A stretch of DNA of 64,000 nt. Origin: a virus (taxonomy: Duplodnaviria; Caudoviricetes). The DNA is taken from positions 32,001 through 96,000 of IMG/VR virus record IMGVR_UViG_2643221950_000002; one strand, given 5' to 3'. The position numbers and the translations under genes are program-made. The notes under the pieces were generated by a model, which saw only the letters and a program-made list of their open reading frames with translations, searched no databases and was not told the DNA's origin. Shown piece after piece: positions 19,304-28,430 of this stretch; position 1 is the stretch's first letter; the number at the start of each line of letters is the position of its first letter.

Positions 19304-20692
19304 CTATACACCTTCTACTTCATTCAATTTGTATTGGAAATATTTAATAACATGGTTTTTACTATGAGTTACTTCATTCTTTTTATTTAAGATTTTGTGT
19401 TCTTTTAACTCTGGATTATTTCTAACAAAGCTAAGTTTCATTTTTTTAATTATTTGTTGCGCCATTTTTGCGCTAATACCTGATGTGTACATAAAATATG
19501 CAATTTCCATGAACCCAACCAAAATATTTTTATTTATTACGATAGTTTTTTTGGCTTGCTCAAATTTGTCTCCTAGAAATTCTTCATAGTACAGCTCAGT
19601 TAATTCATCAAAGAATTCAACCAAAAAGACACCAATTTTCCTTACAGCTATTTGATCTTTCAGCAACCTAGGGAATTTTGTTGCCTCCATTGCACTTGCT
19701 ACATCATTTAAGGAATATAGATAATCTGATTGAGTTGCAATCACATCATGATCTAAACTTATTCTTTGACCAATTACACTGTTGTCTCGAATATGAGTAA
19801 CAACTTTGTTCACTGGATTTTCTTCGTTCATTTCTTTTAGTTTCGATAGTCTAACTGGTGTCATAGTGTTATGCTGACCAAATAACTGCCTTGCAACTTT
19901 TTGAGTTACGTTGTAAAAGTCCACTTTCATGAATTTATCATCAAAGCTGCCAGACCTTACCGCTTTAGAAATACCAACAATACGGTGATAACCATCAATT
20001 ACATCAACAAGTGTATCTTTCATCACCGTTAAGCTTCTCTCATTTGTATCATAAGATATCTCAATACCCTCAGATGATGAACCAAATCTTGCATTAAATA
20101 TTAATGTTGAGCTTATTAATGTACCATCAATTGCTTTTTGAGAAATCTGTTCTACCGCTTCTTGATTAAGCTCAGGAATAGGTATTTCTCCACCCAAGAA
20201 CTCAAAATTTTTAGTCTCGCTAGTTCTTTGAGTTCTTGGGTTGTATTGAAGCAAATGGTTTTCATACATTTTTGCTATTTCGCTTCTTTTAAGTAAGAAT
20301 GTGTAGTTGTTGTCATCTACTTTAGTAACATCCTTAAATGTTATAGGAAAAATCAACTCATTGTCATTATTCTGTGAGAAACCTTCCCAAGTTGTTTCAA
20401 TTTCTTGAATTATTCTTTCGGGGAAATAATTTGCTGGATTAATCTTTTCATCTTTAGTCACTTCATACATACCTGAAGCTAGAAGGTATTTTTCTTCTTT
20501 TCGAAGTGCTTCCTGTCTCCCAAATCTTATTATTAGATTCATTGTTTCCCCAGGTGAAACACCTTTATGAGAAAGAATGTTTTGAAGTCTTTCCCTAAAA
20601 TTTTTATCATGTTTATTTTTTTGCAATAACACTTCTATAGTTTCGTTTAGAAGCGCATCTTTTTCATCATCAAAAATCACTAAGTTATTCAT
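19304..20692 (-). CDS. yopQ: ParB/DndB-like (DGQHR-type) protein YopQ/SroE
   Basis: VIDGYHR motif, YNPRTQR; synteny; start MNNLVIF after GAGGTG. Confidence 0.75.
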   Translation of the reverse strand: MNNLVIFDDEKDALLNETIEVLLQKNKHDKNFRERLQNILSHKGVSPGETMNLIIRFGRQEALRKEEKYLLASGMYEVTKDEKINPANYFPERIIQEIETTWEGFSQNNDNELIFPITFKDVTKVDDNNYTFLLKRSEIAKMYENHLLQYNPRTQRTSETKNFEFLGGEIPIPELNQEAVEQISQKAIDGTLISSTLIFNARFGSSSEGIEISYDTNERSLTVMKDTLVDVIDGYHRIVGISKAVRSGSFDDKFMKVDFYNVTQKVARQLFGQHNTMTPVRLSKLKEMNEENPVNKVVTHIRDNSVIGQRISLDHDVIATQSDYLYSLNDVASAMEATKFPRLLKDQIAVRKIGVFLVEFFDELTELYYEEFLGDKFEQAKKTIVINKNILVGFMEIAYFMYTSGISAKMAQQIIKKMKLSFVRNNPELKEHKILNKKNEVTHSKNHVIKYFQYKLNEVEGV

Positions 20693-20778
20693 ACAAATAC
20701 ACACCTCTTCTAAAACAAAAATAACAAACATATTATATTAAATCAATTTTTAGTCAAAAAATTAATCTAAATGTAAAC

Positions 20779-21861
20779 TTACCTCACAAATTCTAGGAAT
20801 TTTTGCACAGTTCCCCTATCTGCTTTACGAAAAAAATTGACAAAATCCTCTTTTGTTGCACTTTCAATCAATGAAAAATCTACTTCTCTATCCATCAATA
20901 TACCTGCGGAATTTTCTATATTGTCATTTTTAGTTAAATATCTCATTGGGGTCTTAGGATCTTTGTGATTTCCCTGAGCCATAGCAACCCTTATATCATT
21001 GCCAGACTCTTCATACGCTATATCAATCCCTACGCCTTTTAAAGAGTGAGGTTTAAGGTTTCTTGAGGCTGATATACCTAATCTATCCAGAGCTCTATTG
21101 AAGGATTCTCGAAAGGATCTTGATGTTAAACCGCTAAACACTAAATCATTATCCTTACTGTTTTGTTTTTTTAATTGTCTCAGCTCATTTAAAAAATTTT
21201 CATGAAGGCCTGTAGAAACTACATAAGCCCCTTTATTCAAGGATTCTACTTTATAAAATTCGCCGTCAACCTTTTTAATGTCCATCCATCTAACAGTAAG
21301 TGCATACTCAATTCTAAAAGAAGTACGAATTAAAAATTTGGTGAGCAGCTTTTTTTTCAATCCATTCTCACGCTCTAGCAACATGTTATCCGCAATTCTT
21401 TCTGCTTCAGTTTGAGTTGTTTTACCGTAACTCTTAGATATTTCTTTTAGTTTCTTTGTTGATCCAAATTGACTTAAATCAATTAAAGAAGAATAAGTAC
21501 TCACCGTCTTAAGAAACTTGTATAAGCCTTTAACTGATATCACTTTACGGTTGATTGTTGAATTGGCTAAACCTTCTTCTTTCAGATGTTTCCTAAAGTT
21601 TATTAAGTCAATTGAGGTGATTTCAATATCTTCGGGAGTTAGAAACTCTATTCCAATATTGGGTTTAAGAAAGCCAAAGAATTGTTTAATATCACCATAA
21701 TAATTAACTGCTGTATTTGTCTCAAACAATTTATGTCTCCGCTTTGTTTTAGAAAAAACATCAATATTTCCAACTGATCCCTCATCATCAATCTTTTTTA
21801 GATAAGTCATGATATCGTTATATACAGTGTATTCCTTAAGTGGAACTGGTTTAGTCTTCAT
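20779..21861 (-). CDS. yopP: tyrosine-recombinase-like protein YopP/SroD
   Basis: LANSTINRKV, TSFRIE, KPHSLKG and GNHKDPKTPMRY motifs. Confidence 0.8.
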   Translation of the reverse strand: MKTKPVPLKEYTVYNDIMTYLKKIDDEGSVGNIDVFSKTKRRHKLFETNTAVNYYGDIKQFFGFLKPNIGIEFLTPEDIEITSIDLINFRKHLKEEGLANSTINRKVISVKGLYKFLKTVSTYSSLIDLSQFGSTKKLKEISKSYGKTTQTEAERIADNMLLERENGLKKKLLTKFLIRTSFRIEYALTVRWMDIKKVDGEFYKVESLNKGAYVVSTGLHENFLNELRQLKKQNSKDNDLVFSGLTSRSFRESFNRALDRLGISASRNLKPHSLKGVGIDIAYEESGNDIRVAMAQGNHKDPKTPMRYLTKNDNIENSAGILMDREVDFSLIESATKEDFVNFFRKADRGTVQKFLEFVR

Positions 21862-21874
21862 TTTTCTCCCTCCT

Positions 21875-22063
21875 TCACATTAATTCTTCAATTGTTGAAT
21901 TAAGAACAATCGCTATTTTTGCCATTTCAATTAACCTAGCCTCTTCAGGATTAGATATAATTTGTTCTAGTCTTTTCACTGAAATACCTGATTCAGCAGC
22001 TACACTATCTATAGTTTTGTTCGATTGTTCTATAATATTTAGTAAGTTATTAGGCACTGGCAC
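21875..22063 (-). CDS. small XRE HTH protein (YopO/SroC position)
   Basis: TIDSVAAESGISVKRLEQII HTH. Confidence 0.75.
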   Translation of the reverse strand: MPVPNNLLNIIEQSNKTIDSVAAESGISVKRLEQIISNPEEARLIEMAKIAIVLNSTIEELM

Positions 22064-22115
22064 ATCTCCTTCAAATGCTTATGTATCTTAGATGCCCTGG
22101 CCATTGGTGTTAATT

Positions 22116-22424
22116 TTATGTAGTGATAAAATATTCAAATTCATACTCAACGGATTTGCGAAGTTCTTTTATGAATTCCATTCTCTTACGGTAGGCTGCG
22201 AGAAGATCTCCAGTGTAAGTGTTTGTCAATACGGTTTGATTAAAAGAAAACTCATCTATTTGTTTTAAATACTCAAATACAGCTTGTTTAACCTTATATA
22301 GATCAACTGGTGAATTAATTGATAAACTTAGGCTGCGTAAATATACAAGTTCTTCTTTTAAGCTGTTAATTATTTCGTATTGATACTCAATGTCCGCACA
22401 GCTTTTTTCTGGTGATGCAATCAC
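22116..22424 (-). CDS. YopN/SroB-position protein
   Basis: 102 aa, GGAGGT RBS, synteny. Confidence 0.6.
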   Translation of the reverse strand: MIASPEKSCADIEYQYEIINSLKEELVYLRSLSLSINSPVDLYKVKQAVFEYLKQIDEFSFNQTVLTNTYTGDLLAAYRKRMEFIKELRKSVEYEFEYFITT

Positions 22425-22436
22425 TGGCCTTACCTC

Positions 22437-22622
22437 CTAACTATTCAATAATTTCAAATATCCTGAAATCATCGATCTTCTAATTTGTTCTTTTTTGATT
22501 TCTTTATCTATGTTATTTTTGTTTTCTTGGTGATTAAACCATTCTCCACCGAATTTATCTATCTTACGAGCATAAACAGTTTTATTGAAATTTATAACAT
22601 TGTCTTTTCTAGCAGCTAACAT
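22437..22622 (-). CDS. YopM/SroA-position protein
   Basis: 61 aa, AGGAGGAG RBS; first gene downstream of aimP. Confidence 0.6.
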   Translation of the reverse strand: MLAARKDNVINFNKTVYARKIDKFGGEWFNHQENKNNIDKEIKKEQIRRSMISGYLKLLNS

Positions 22623-22870
22623 AATTCTCCTCCTAAATTACATATTTCCGTATGTCTTATTTATAGTTTAATGGATAAAAACTTATATGTAAAGCTTTTT
22701 TCACGACAAATAGCACATTTTCAATGTGCTTTTGTAAGATCATTATTCAATTTCGGAAAAATTGGCATATTGTCGTAAAAATACAAAATGACGCAAACCC
22801 CTAAAGGGTTATACGTCATATTATGTACAACAATTATTCATTAGATTATATATTGTCATTCTTAAAATTT

Positions 22871-22900
22871 CAAGAAAAAGGGGATATTTCTATCCCTTGA
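22871..22900 (-). terminator. terminator after aimP
   Basis: Minus strand GGGATA-GAAA-TATCCC then CTTTTTCTT. Confidence 0.65.
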
Positions 22901-22913
22901 CTACAAACGATTA

Positions 22914-23039
22914 CTAAGCTCCTCTAGAAGCAGATGATGTTGACACTTTTTCAGCATCCATAGCAATTGATTGCTGTGTACCAGAGAATACGCCTGCTAC
23001 TGCTGCAACTAAAACTAAAGCCATAACTAATTTCTTCAT
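22914..23039 (-). CDS. aimP: arbitrium peptide precursor AimP (mature SASRGA)
   Basis: Manual translation MKKLVMALVLVAAVAGVFSGTQQSIAMDAEKVSTSSASRGA; signal peptide and C-terminal xxxRGA; GGGGGTG RBS; directly after aimR. Confidence 0.93.
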   Translation of the reverse strand: MKKLVMALVLVAAVAGVFSGTQQSIAMDAEKVSTSSASRGA

Positions 23040-23067
23040 ATATCTCACCCCCTTTCAAGCTTAAAAC

Positions 23068-24225
23068 TCAAATAGCTAAAAGTTCTAAAATTTCATTTTC
23101 TACGCCCATATTCTTTAATTTAATTAAAGGCAGTTTAACAAAATATTTATCATCTGATTTCTTGAAATGTTTAACTGATTTCAAGAAGCACCCTTTGTCT
23201 TTATAGAATATACCTTTAACATAGTAAAGGAACCCTAAATCATTATCATGCATAGTAGTTGAGTCTAATTTATTAAACACATCCATCATTTTATCTGCCT
23301 GATCATTAAGCATAAAGTGATGTGCAAGTTCTATAAAATCAGAATCATTTTTCGGTTCCTGTTCGAGGTATTTATTTTCTTTTACTCCCCAAATGTTTTC
23401 TAAGAATGCCAAAGCTGATGTAAGTTTATATTTATGGAAGCTATTTTTTGCGAATTTCAAACCGTTGATATAATATGTTTTTGCTTTCTTATAATCATCA
23501 AACACATAAGAATTACCGCAGGTAAGATGAGCAAACACTTGAAATCGATTCACCTTAACATCTTCAGTTATAATTTGATCACAGTAGTCTCTGAGAGGCT
23601 TTAAATTGTTGTCATTTAAAAACACGTTGGCCATAAGCAGCAAATACCTTGAACTAAAAGAGTCTTTAACATAACCCTTTTTTAAATTAGAAAGATCAAT
23701 ATATGCTGATGTACTCTTCATTAGACCAAACTCACCTGAGTTTAGGTATTCATACAATGTCATCATCCTTGCAAACACAAACATTTCTTCACTCTTGATT
23801 TTTATAGTACCAGTTTCTTTGATAGCAGAAGTTAAATCAATTTCACCTTTTGTGAGCATTCTATGTATGCGATATACATTCCCCCACTCTTTGCTTAATG
23901 CGTTGCTGGCGTTGCATAATTTATCAACAAGTTCATCTGTTTCTTCCCCAAGTTGATTAGCATCTAAATATTCTACAGCTTGTCTAGCAGCTGACTTGTT
24001 AGGGTCGAGTGTTGTGATATAGGTGCTAATTATTTCAATTTCTCTTTCTTGATCAACTTCTCTAACTAAATTTATAAGATTGCTCAAGTCATCCATCTCT
24101 TTGTTAGAGCTATTTAAAAATTTGTAAAGGCCAGTTCTATCCGAATAGCCCGCTATCTTAGCTAGTTTCATAGCCAAAGAAGAATCATCTTCACATTTAT
24201 TTTTTATGTATGTTTTAAGATTCAT
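23068..24225 (-). CDS. aimR: arbitrium receptor AimR (HTH + TPR, RRNPP family)
   Basis: 385 aa; N-terminal HTH (LAKIAGYSDRTGLYKFL), ARQAVEY, C-terminal SDDKYFVKLPL; followed by aimP. Confidence 0.93.
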   Translation of the reverse strand: MNLKTYIKNKCEDDSSLAMKLAKIAGYSDRTGLYKFLNSSNKEMDDLSNLINLVREVDQEREIEIISTYITTLDPNKSAARQAVEYLDANQLGEETDELVDKLCNASNALSKEWGNVYRIHRMLTKGEIDLTSAIKETGTIKIKSEEMFVFARMMTLYEYLNSGEFGLMKSTSAYIDLSNLKKGYVKDSFSSRYLLLMANVFLNDNNLKPLRDYCDQIITEDVKVNRFQVFAHLTCGNSYVFDDYKKAKTYYINGLKFAKNSFHKYKLTSALAFLENIWGVKENKYLEQEPKNDSDFIELAHHFMLNDQADKMMDVFNKLDSTTMHDNDLGFLYYVKGIFYKDKGCFLKSVKHFKKSDDKYFVKLPLIKLKNMGVENEILELLAI

Positions 24226-24246
24226 ATGACCCCACTCCCTACAATA

Positions 24247-24275
24247 AATTTACTATAATTTCAATTCATTGTCAA
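24247..24275 (-). promoter_or_regulatory. sigmaA-type promoter of aimR
   Basis: TTGACA-17-TAAATT with AAATAACAAATA upstream. Confidence 0.55.
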
Positions 24276-24376
24276 CTAAATATTTGTTATTTGTTGTTTA
24301 TTATAAGGAGTTTAATTTTGTTTGATCATATACTATAATAAACACTTGAATACTGTATCTAAGGAGAAATTAAATC

Positions 24377-24541
24377 ATGTTGAAAGAAATTGATCTTGAT
24401 AAGATTTACGACATACGAGAATATCCTGATAAACATAGTGGCCGCTGCGATAATTGCGACACAGCACAATTCAAGTCTACAATTTCCAAAGGAGAATTTA
24501 TTCGTCAATGTGCCAAATGTGGAATGAAAAAGAGGGTTTAA
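24377..24541 (+). CDS. 54-aa zinc-ribbon protein divergent from aimR
   Basis: MLKEIDLDKIYDIREYPDKHSGRCDNC...RQCAKCGMKKRV; AAGGAG RBS. Confidence 0.65.
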   Translation: MLKEIDLDKIYDIREYPDKHSGRCDNCDTAQFKSTISKGEFIRQCAKCGMKKRV

Positions 24542-24699
24542 TCCCTCCTCCACTCTTATCCTCCTGGACGAATATCAGCCATTAACTCACCTCCCCCTAT
24601 TAGCCTCCTACTTTAATTGCTTCAATAATCATTTTCAACCACCTTCTAAATGAAATACTTCTTTTATTACAAATCCAACTTATCAAATTAGATTAAGCA

Positions 24700-25329
24700 T
24701 TACTCTTTTACATTCTCTCCTGACCGCTCATCAAGACTATCATAATATGCATCTTTAACCATTGCTTCAACATCTGGCTCATCAAATAAGTCATCATTAT
24801 GCAACTCAAACCTTGCTTCACCGACCATATCTGCCAAGTTAGGAATATGTTTTGAAAAATATTCAATTGATAGCTCATAACAATTTATTAATTGGATGTA
24901 TACTTTTACTGCTTCTTCCATACTCAAATTAATTTCATAATGCATAATTTCATTTCTCTTTTTGTTTAGATATGTCATTGCCTCTTTTAATTTTGGGGGC
25001 ACTTCTATATCGCAAAGAAGTTCAAGTCTCCTAATCGCTTCAGAAAAACCAACAGTTTGTATATTGGGGGAGACTTCAAAAATGCTATTTTTCTTTTGTT
25101 TAATCATTTCTTCTTTTGCTTTCATATATGAAGTAAGGTCTTTGAAGACTAGATATTCGTTCTTACTTTTTAATAAATATTTAAAAAGCAATTCAGCAGC
25201 ATGATTTATGGATAGTATTGCATCTTTAATTCTATGATCGTGTCCCTCAGTCAATTCCATCATTACCTGAATTGAACTATGCGTTGCGTTAAGGGAATCT
25301 ACAGCATTATCTAATAATGTAAATTTCAT
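24700..25329 (-). CDS. HEPN-like domain protein
   Basis: AILSINHAAELLFKY helix and RNEIMH (R-x4-H). Confidence 0.6.
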   Translation of the reverse strand: MKFTLLDNAVDSLNATHSSIQVMMELTEGHDHRIKDAILSINHAAELLFKYLLKSKNEYLVFKDLTSYMKAKEEMIKQKKNSIFEVSPNIQTVGFSEAIRRLELLCDIEVPPKLKEAMTYLNKKRNEIMHYEINLSMEEAVKVYIQLINCYELSIEYFSKHIPNLADMVGEARFELHNDDLFDEPDVEAMVKDAYYDSLDERSGENVKE

Positions 25330-25359
25330 TTGATCTCGCCTTTCATTAGAAGAATGATT

Positions 25360-25602
25360 TCATTCGAAAAACTTTTGTCTCTCTTTTAATCTTCTATTCT
25401 CTTCCTCTAATTCTGCAATGTACTCTTCATACTGTTGATTTTGCGCTTGTCTTCCACCAGTTATTTTATTGAAGATAGCATACATGTATACAAACATTAC
25501 TGGCACGCCCATAATTGGGCCGAATAGGATGAATACCAGCCAAACTGCAAATCCCCCGCCAAAAATAATCGTATTTAAATTCATCACTACACCCCTTTTC
25601 AA
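25360..25602 (-). CDS. small membrane protein with coiled coil
   Basis: Hydrophobic N-terminus. Confidence 0.55.
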   Translation of the reverse strand: MKRGVVMNLNTIIFGGGFAVWLVFILFGPIMGVPVMFVYMYAIFNKITGGRQAQNQQYEEYIAELEEENRRLKERQKFFE

Positions 25603-26146
25603 TAGGATTATTTTATCATACGGTTAATCAATACTCACCATTTTTTCATTTTATTTCCCTTTGCATATGATCTGAATTTCACATTAAGTACTAAATTATG
25701 ATGTCTTTTATTAACTGCTATTTCAATGAGGGAAGGAATCCCACTCTTAGCTCATGTTAAAAACATCATTTTATTTGGCCTGTAATCAATCATAATGCAC
25801 GTTACAGGATGCAACACGCTTTTAGAATACAGTACCTTCTTTTATGTACAGTCTCAATAATTTAATTTGTTGTTTAAGTATTCCTCTACGCTGCCATCAA
25901 AACCTATATACCCTACTTCAAGTTCATCTAAAATTTGTTCCTGATCAGCCCAACATTTAAACATATTGTGCATGTTTGGTTTTGAAAGTTCTTTCTTAAT
26001 TAATTCTCGCATATCATCCACCCCTTACGTATATGTAATTTATCCAGAATAAATAAATGCACAAAGCAGCATAATGGCCAATAGACTAAATACAGCAATA
26101 CTGATCAAATCATCCCGCCGTTTTAGTAACCTCTCTTGGATCGTTT

Positions 26147-26383
26147 TCATTCTTTTCCACTTACAACATCAGTTTCAATTTCATCATATTGATTAAACAA
26201 GAACATATACTCAAGATCAAATGCATCTAAAAATTCTTGTTTTGCGATATGGCCTGTTATAACTGCGCCTTCTAGGGATTGTTTATCAACTTTTGCAAAT
26301 ACACTCCTTGCCGCTCTTTCAGCTACGTCCTCTAAACTTTTTCTAATCTCTTCTTTCACTTCAAACATTTTTTTGTAATCCAT
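26147..26383 (-). CDS. hypothetical protein
   Basis: 78 aa, AGGGGCG RBS. Confidence 0.6.
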   Translation of the reverse strand: MDYKKMFEVKEEIRKSLEDVAERAARSVFAKVDKQSLEGAVITGHIAKQEFLDAFDLEYMFLFNQYDEIETDVVSGKE

Positions 26384-26605
26384 AATTAACGCCCCTTTTA
26401 GTATATGTTATTTATTTGTTTAAAACTCATGTTTTATTTAATTTGTAATATACACTTCTCTTGTGTACTACGTACAAAGAAACCTAATTTAATTTTAATC
26501 TATTAACAATACACTTAACTTCTAAACTTCGAATACTTTAACGTATATGTAATTTTTGTGATTATTTAAAAGGAAGTCGTCATAAGACGACTCAGCCTTA
26601 TAGGT

Positions 26606-27271
26606 TTAAAAATACTTAGATTCTTCTACATCAACCCATTCTTTTAAAGCTGGGAGTATCTCTAATATTTGTTCTTTAATTGGTGATAATTCTAAAGAGA
26701 TTTGGCCACTTACTTCTGTCAGCATCTCATTTAATTCATTTAGCTGATCTCTGATGTGTTTAAAGGTTTGCAATTCAGGAACAGAAAAATAATTTGTTAT
26801 TCTTGAATTAACAAATGTGAATATGCTATCTAATACTAATTTATTTACAGATTCTAAATTAGAGGAGTAGATAAATGATTCAAACTTCTTTAAAGGTTTC
26901 GGTATTTCAACAAAATCAAGTTCTTCATTTGTAAAACTTAAGAAGATTTCGCTATCTGTTTGAACAAAAAGTCTATTATCATTATCCATTCTTCTAGAAA
27001 AAAATATCGGTTCACCGTGTCCCATTGCTTCAAGAACATTCCCAGGAGCGTTCTTGTCCCTTCTTATGAAACCAATCATAAATCTTTTAAAATTAGGATT
27101 ATCATTCCACTTTTCTTTGAAATAAGCTTCGAAATTCTCTATAGGAAAACTTTGCTCTTTACCCAAAACACTTCCAATCTTCATAATAAATCTTTTCATT
27201 TTCTCATTCCTTTTCATTTTTATACTAAGACTATAAACAAATGTTGATAATATTTCCATTAATTTGCTCAT
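26606..27271 (-). CDS. hypothetical protein (start uncertain)
   Basis: About 200 aa ORF followed by hairpin AGTCGTC-ATAA-GACGACT. Confidence 0.6.
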   Translation of the reverse strand: MSKLMEILSTFVYSLSIKMKRNEKMKRFIMKIGSVLGKEQSFPIENFEAYFKEKWNDNPNFKRFMIGFIRRDKNAPGNVLEAMGHGEPIFFSRRMDNDNRLFVQTDSEIFLSFTNEELDFVEIPKPLKKFESFIYSSNLESVNKLVLDSIFTFVNSRITNYFSVPELQTFKHIRDQLNELNEMLTEVSGQISLELSPIKEQILEILPALKEWVDVEESKYF

Positions 27272-27306
27272 TTCTTATAAAGGATTAAATAAAAGAAACA
27301 TTTTAT

Positions 27307-27555
27307 TTAACTTTCAATTTTCAATAATTCAATTGCTCGATCGTATGCAACAACTTGATTTAAATAGATATCAATACTATTATCCATCAGCCCGTCAGCC
27401 GAAAATAAATACTTGTCATCTTTCTTTAGCTTAAATTCAAGATTGTCCAATGTTCTTTTAATAATAATAATCTGTTCTTGCAATCTATTTTTAGCAATCT
27501 CTCTTTCTGCTTCAAGCATAACTAAGTTTTTATTTTCTTTTGTCATATTTTCCAT
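27307..27555 (-). CDS. hypothetical protein
   Basis: 82 aa, AAGGAG RBS. Confidence 0.6.
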   Translation of the reverse strand: MENMTKENKNLVMLEAEREIAKNRLQEQIIIIKRTLDNLEFKLKKDDKYLFSADGLMDNSIDIYLNQVVAYDRAIELLKIES

Positions 27556-27768
27556 TCTCCTTTCTGTAGAAAATCAACATTTTATATTAATTTTTGCGTG
27601 AGGATTGGGTAATTTATTAATATCAATCCATCGACCATTTCTTCCTTTCGGATCACTTATATGCGTTAGGTATACTTCTTTATCAGATGATTTAAGGACT
27701 ACATATGTAAAACTGTTAATCATCACACAGTGCCCTTTTTCGTATTTAAAATTATTTAAACACATTGG

Positions 27769-28062
27769 TTAAAGTGTTAGACTTAAATCTAATATTCTCT
27801 TTTTACGATCATTAAGCTTCTTTATTTCCTCATCTATTCTTTTAAACTTCGATTTCATAACCCTTTCAAAATCTCTTTTCTTGTCGTCTCCATCTAGAAG
27901 AATTATTTCACGATCACCCTTAGATGTATTGAAATTGTAAAGACCTCCAACATGTTGATTTTTCATCCATTTTTCATAATCAGATCGATCAACCTCTTCT
28001 TTCTCAATTCTTCCATCTTTATAAAGACTTATTTTTAACATCACTTCTCCTCTTTCCTGCAT
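27769..28062 (-). CDS. hypothetical protein
   Basis: About 90 aa, GAGGAG RBS. Confidence 0.6.
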   Translation of the reverse strand: MQERGEVMLKISLYKDGRIEKEEVDRSDYEKWMKNQHVGGLYNFNTSKGDREIILLDGDDKKRDFERVMKSKFKRIDEEIKKLNDRKKRILDLSLTL

Positions 28063-28074
28063 AAAATTAGAATT

Positions 28075-28308
28075 TTATTCGACTATTCCATATGCTTTGT
28101 ATATTTCTTCTTTCATACTATGCCCTTGCCGCTCTTCTTCTTCACCAATCTCTTTAAATGTCATTGTGAACTCATCAATAAGTCTAAAATTGATTTCACC
28201 GACTCCTTCCTCGTCAATTACATCATACATTTCATTTATTGAGTATTTTACCGTTCCTTTTAAACCATCAACATCTGCATCTAAAATTCTTTTAATTACT
28301 TGCTCCAT
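28075..28308 (-). CDS. hypothetical protein
   Basis: 77 aa; first gene after the early promoter at about 28400. Confidence 0.65.
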   Translation of the reverse strand: MEQVIKRILDADVDGLKGTVKYSINEMYDVIDEEGVGEINFRLIDEFTMTFKEIGEEEERQGHSMKEEIYKAYGIVE

Positions 28309-28377
28309 AATTTTTACATCCCCTTTTTTAAAACGCTAGAATTTTTATCAACCGTTTCCGTTGTATCTTATAACTAT

Positions 28378-28430
28378 ATTATATATGTTATTTGTACTTT
28401 AATCAATAAAAAATGTGTGTTATTTGTACT
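28378..28430 (-). promoter_or_regulatory. early promoter with AATAACAYA boxes
   Basis: TTGATT-AAAGTACAAATAACATA-TATAAT. Confidence 0.78.

Noticed and set aside
22658-22768. 36-codon ORF as an AimX protein
   Set aside because: No RBS and no resemblance to the MazE-like AimX of phi3T
24359-24553. 64-aa minus-strand ORF
   Set aside because: The plus-strand zinc-ribbon ORF with an RBS explains the region better
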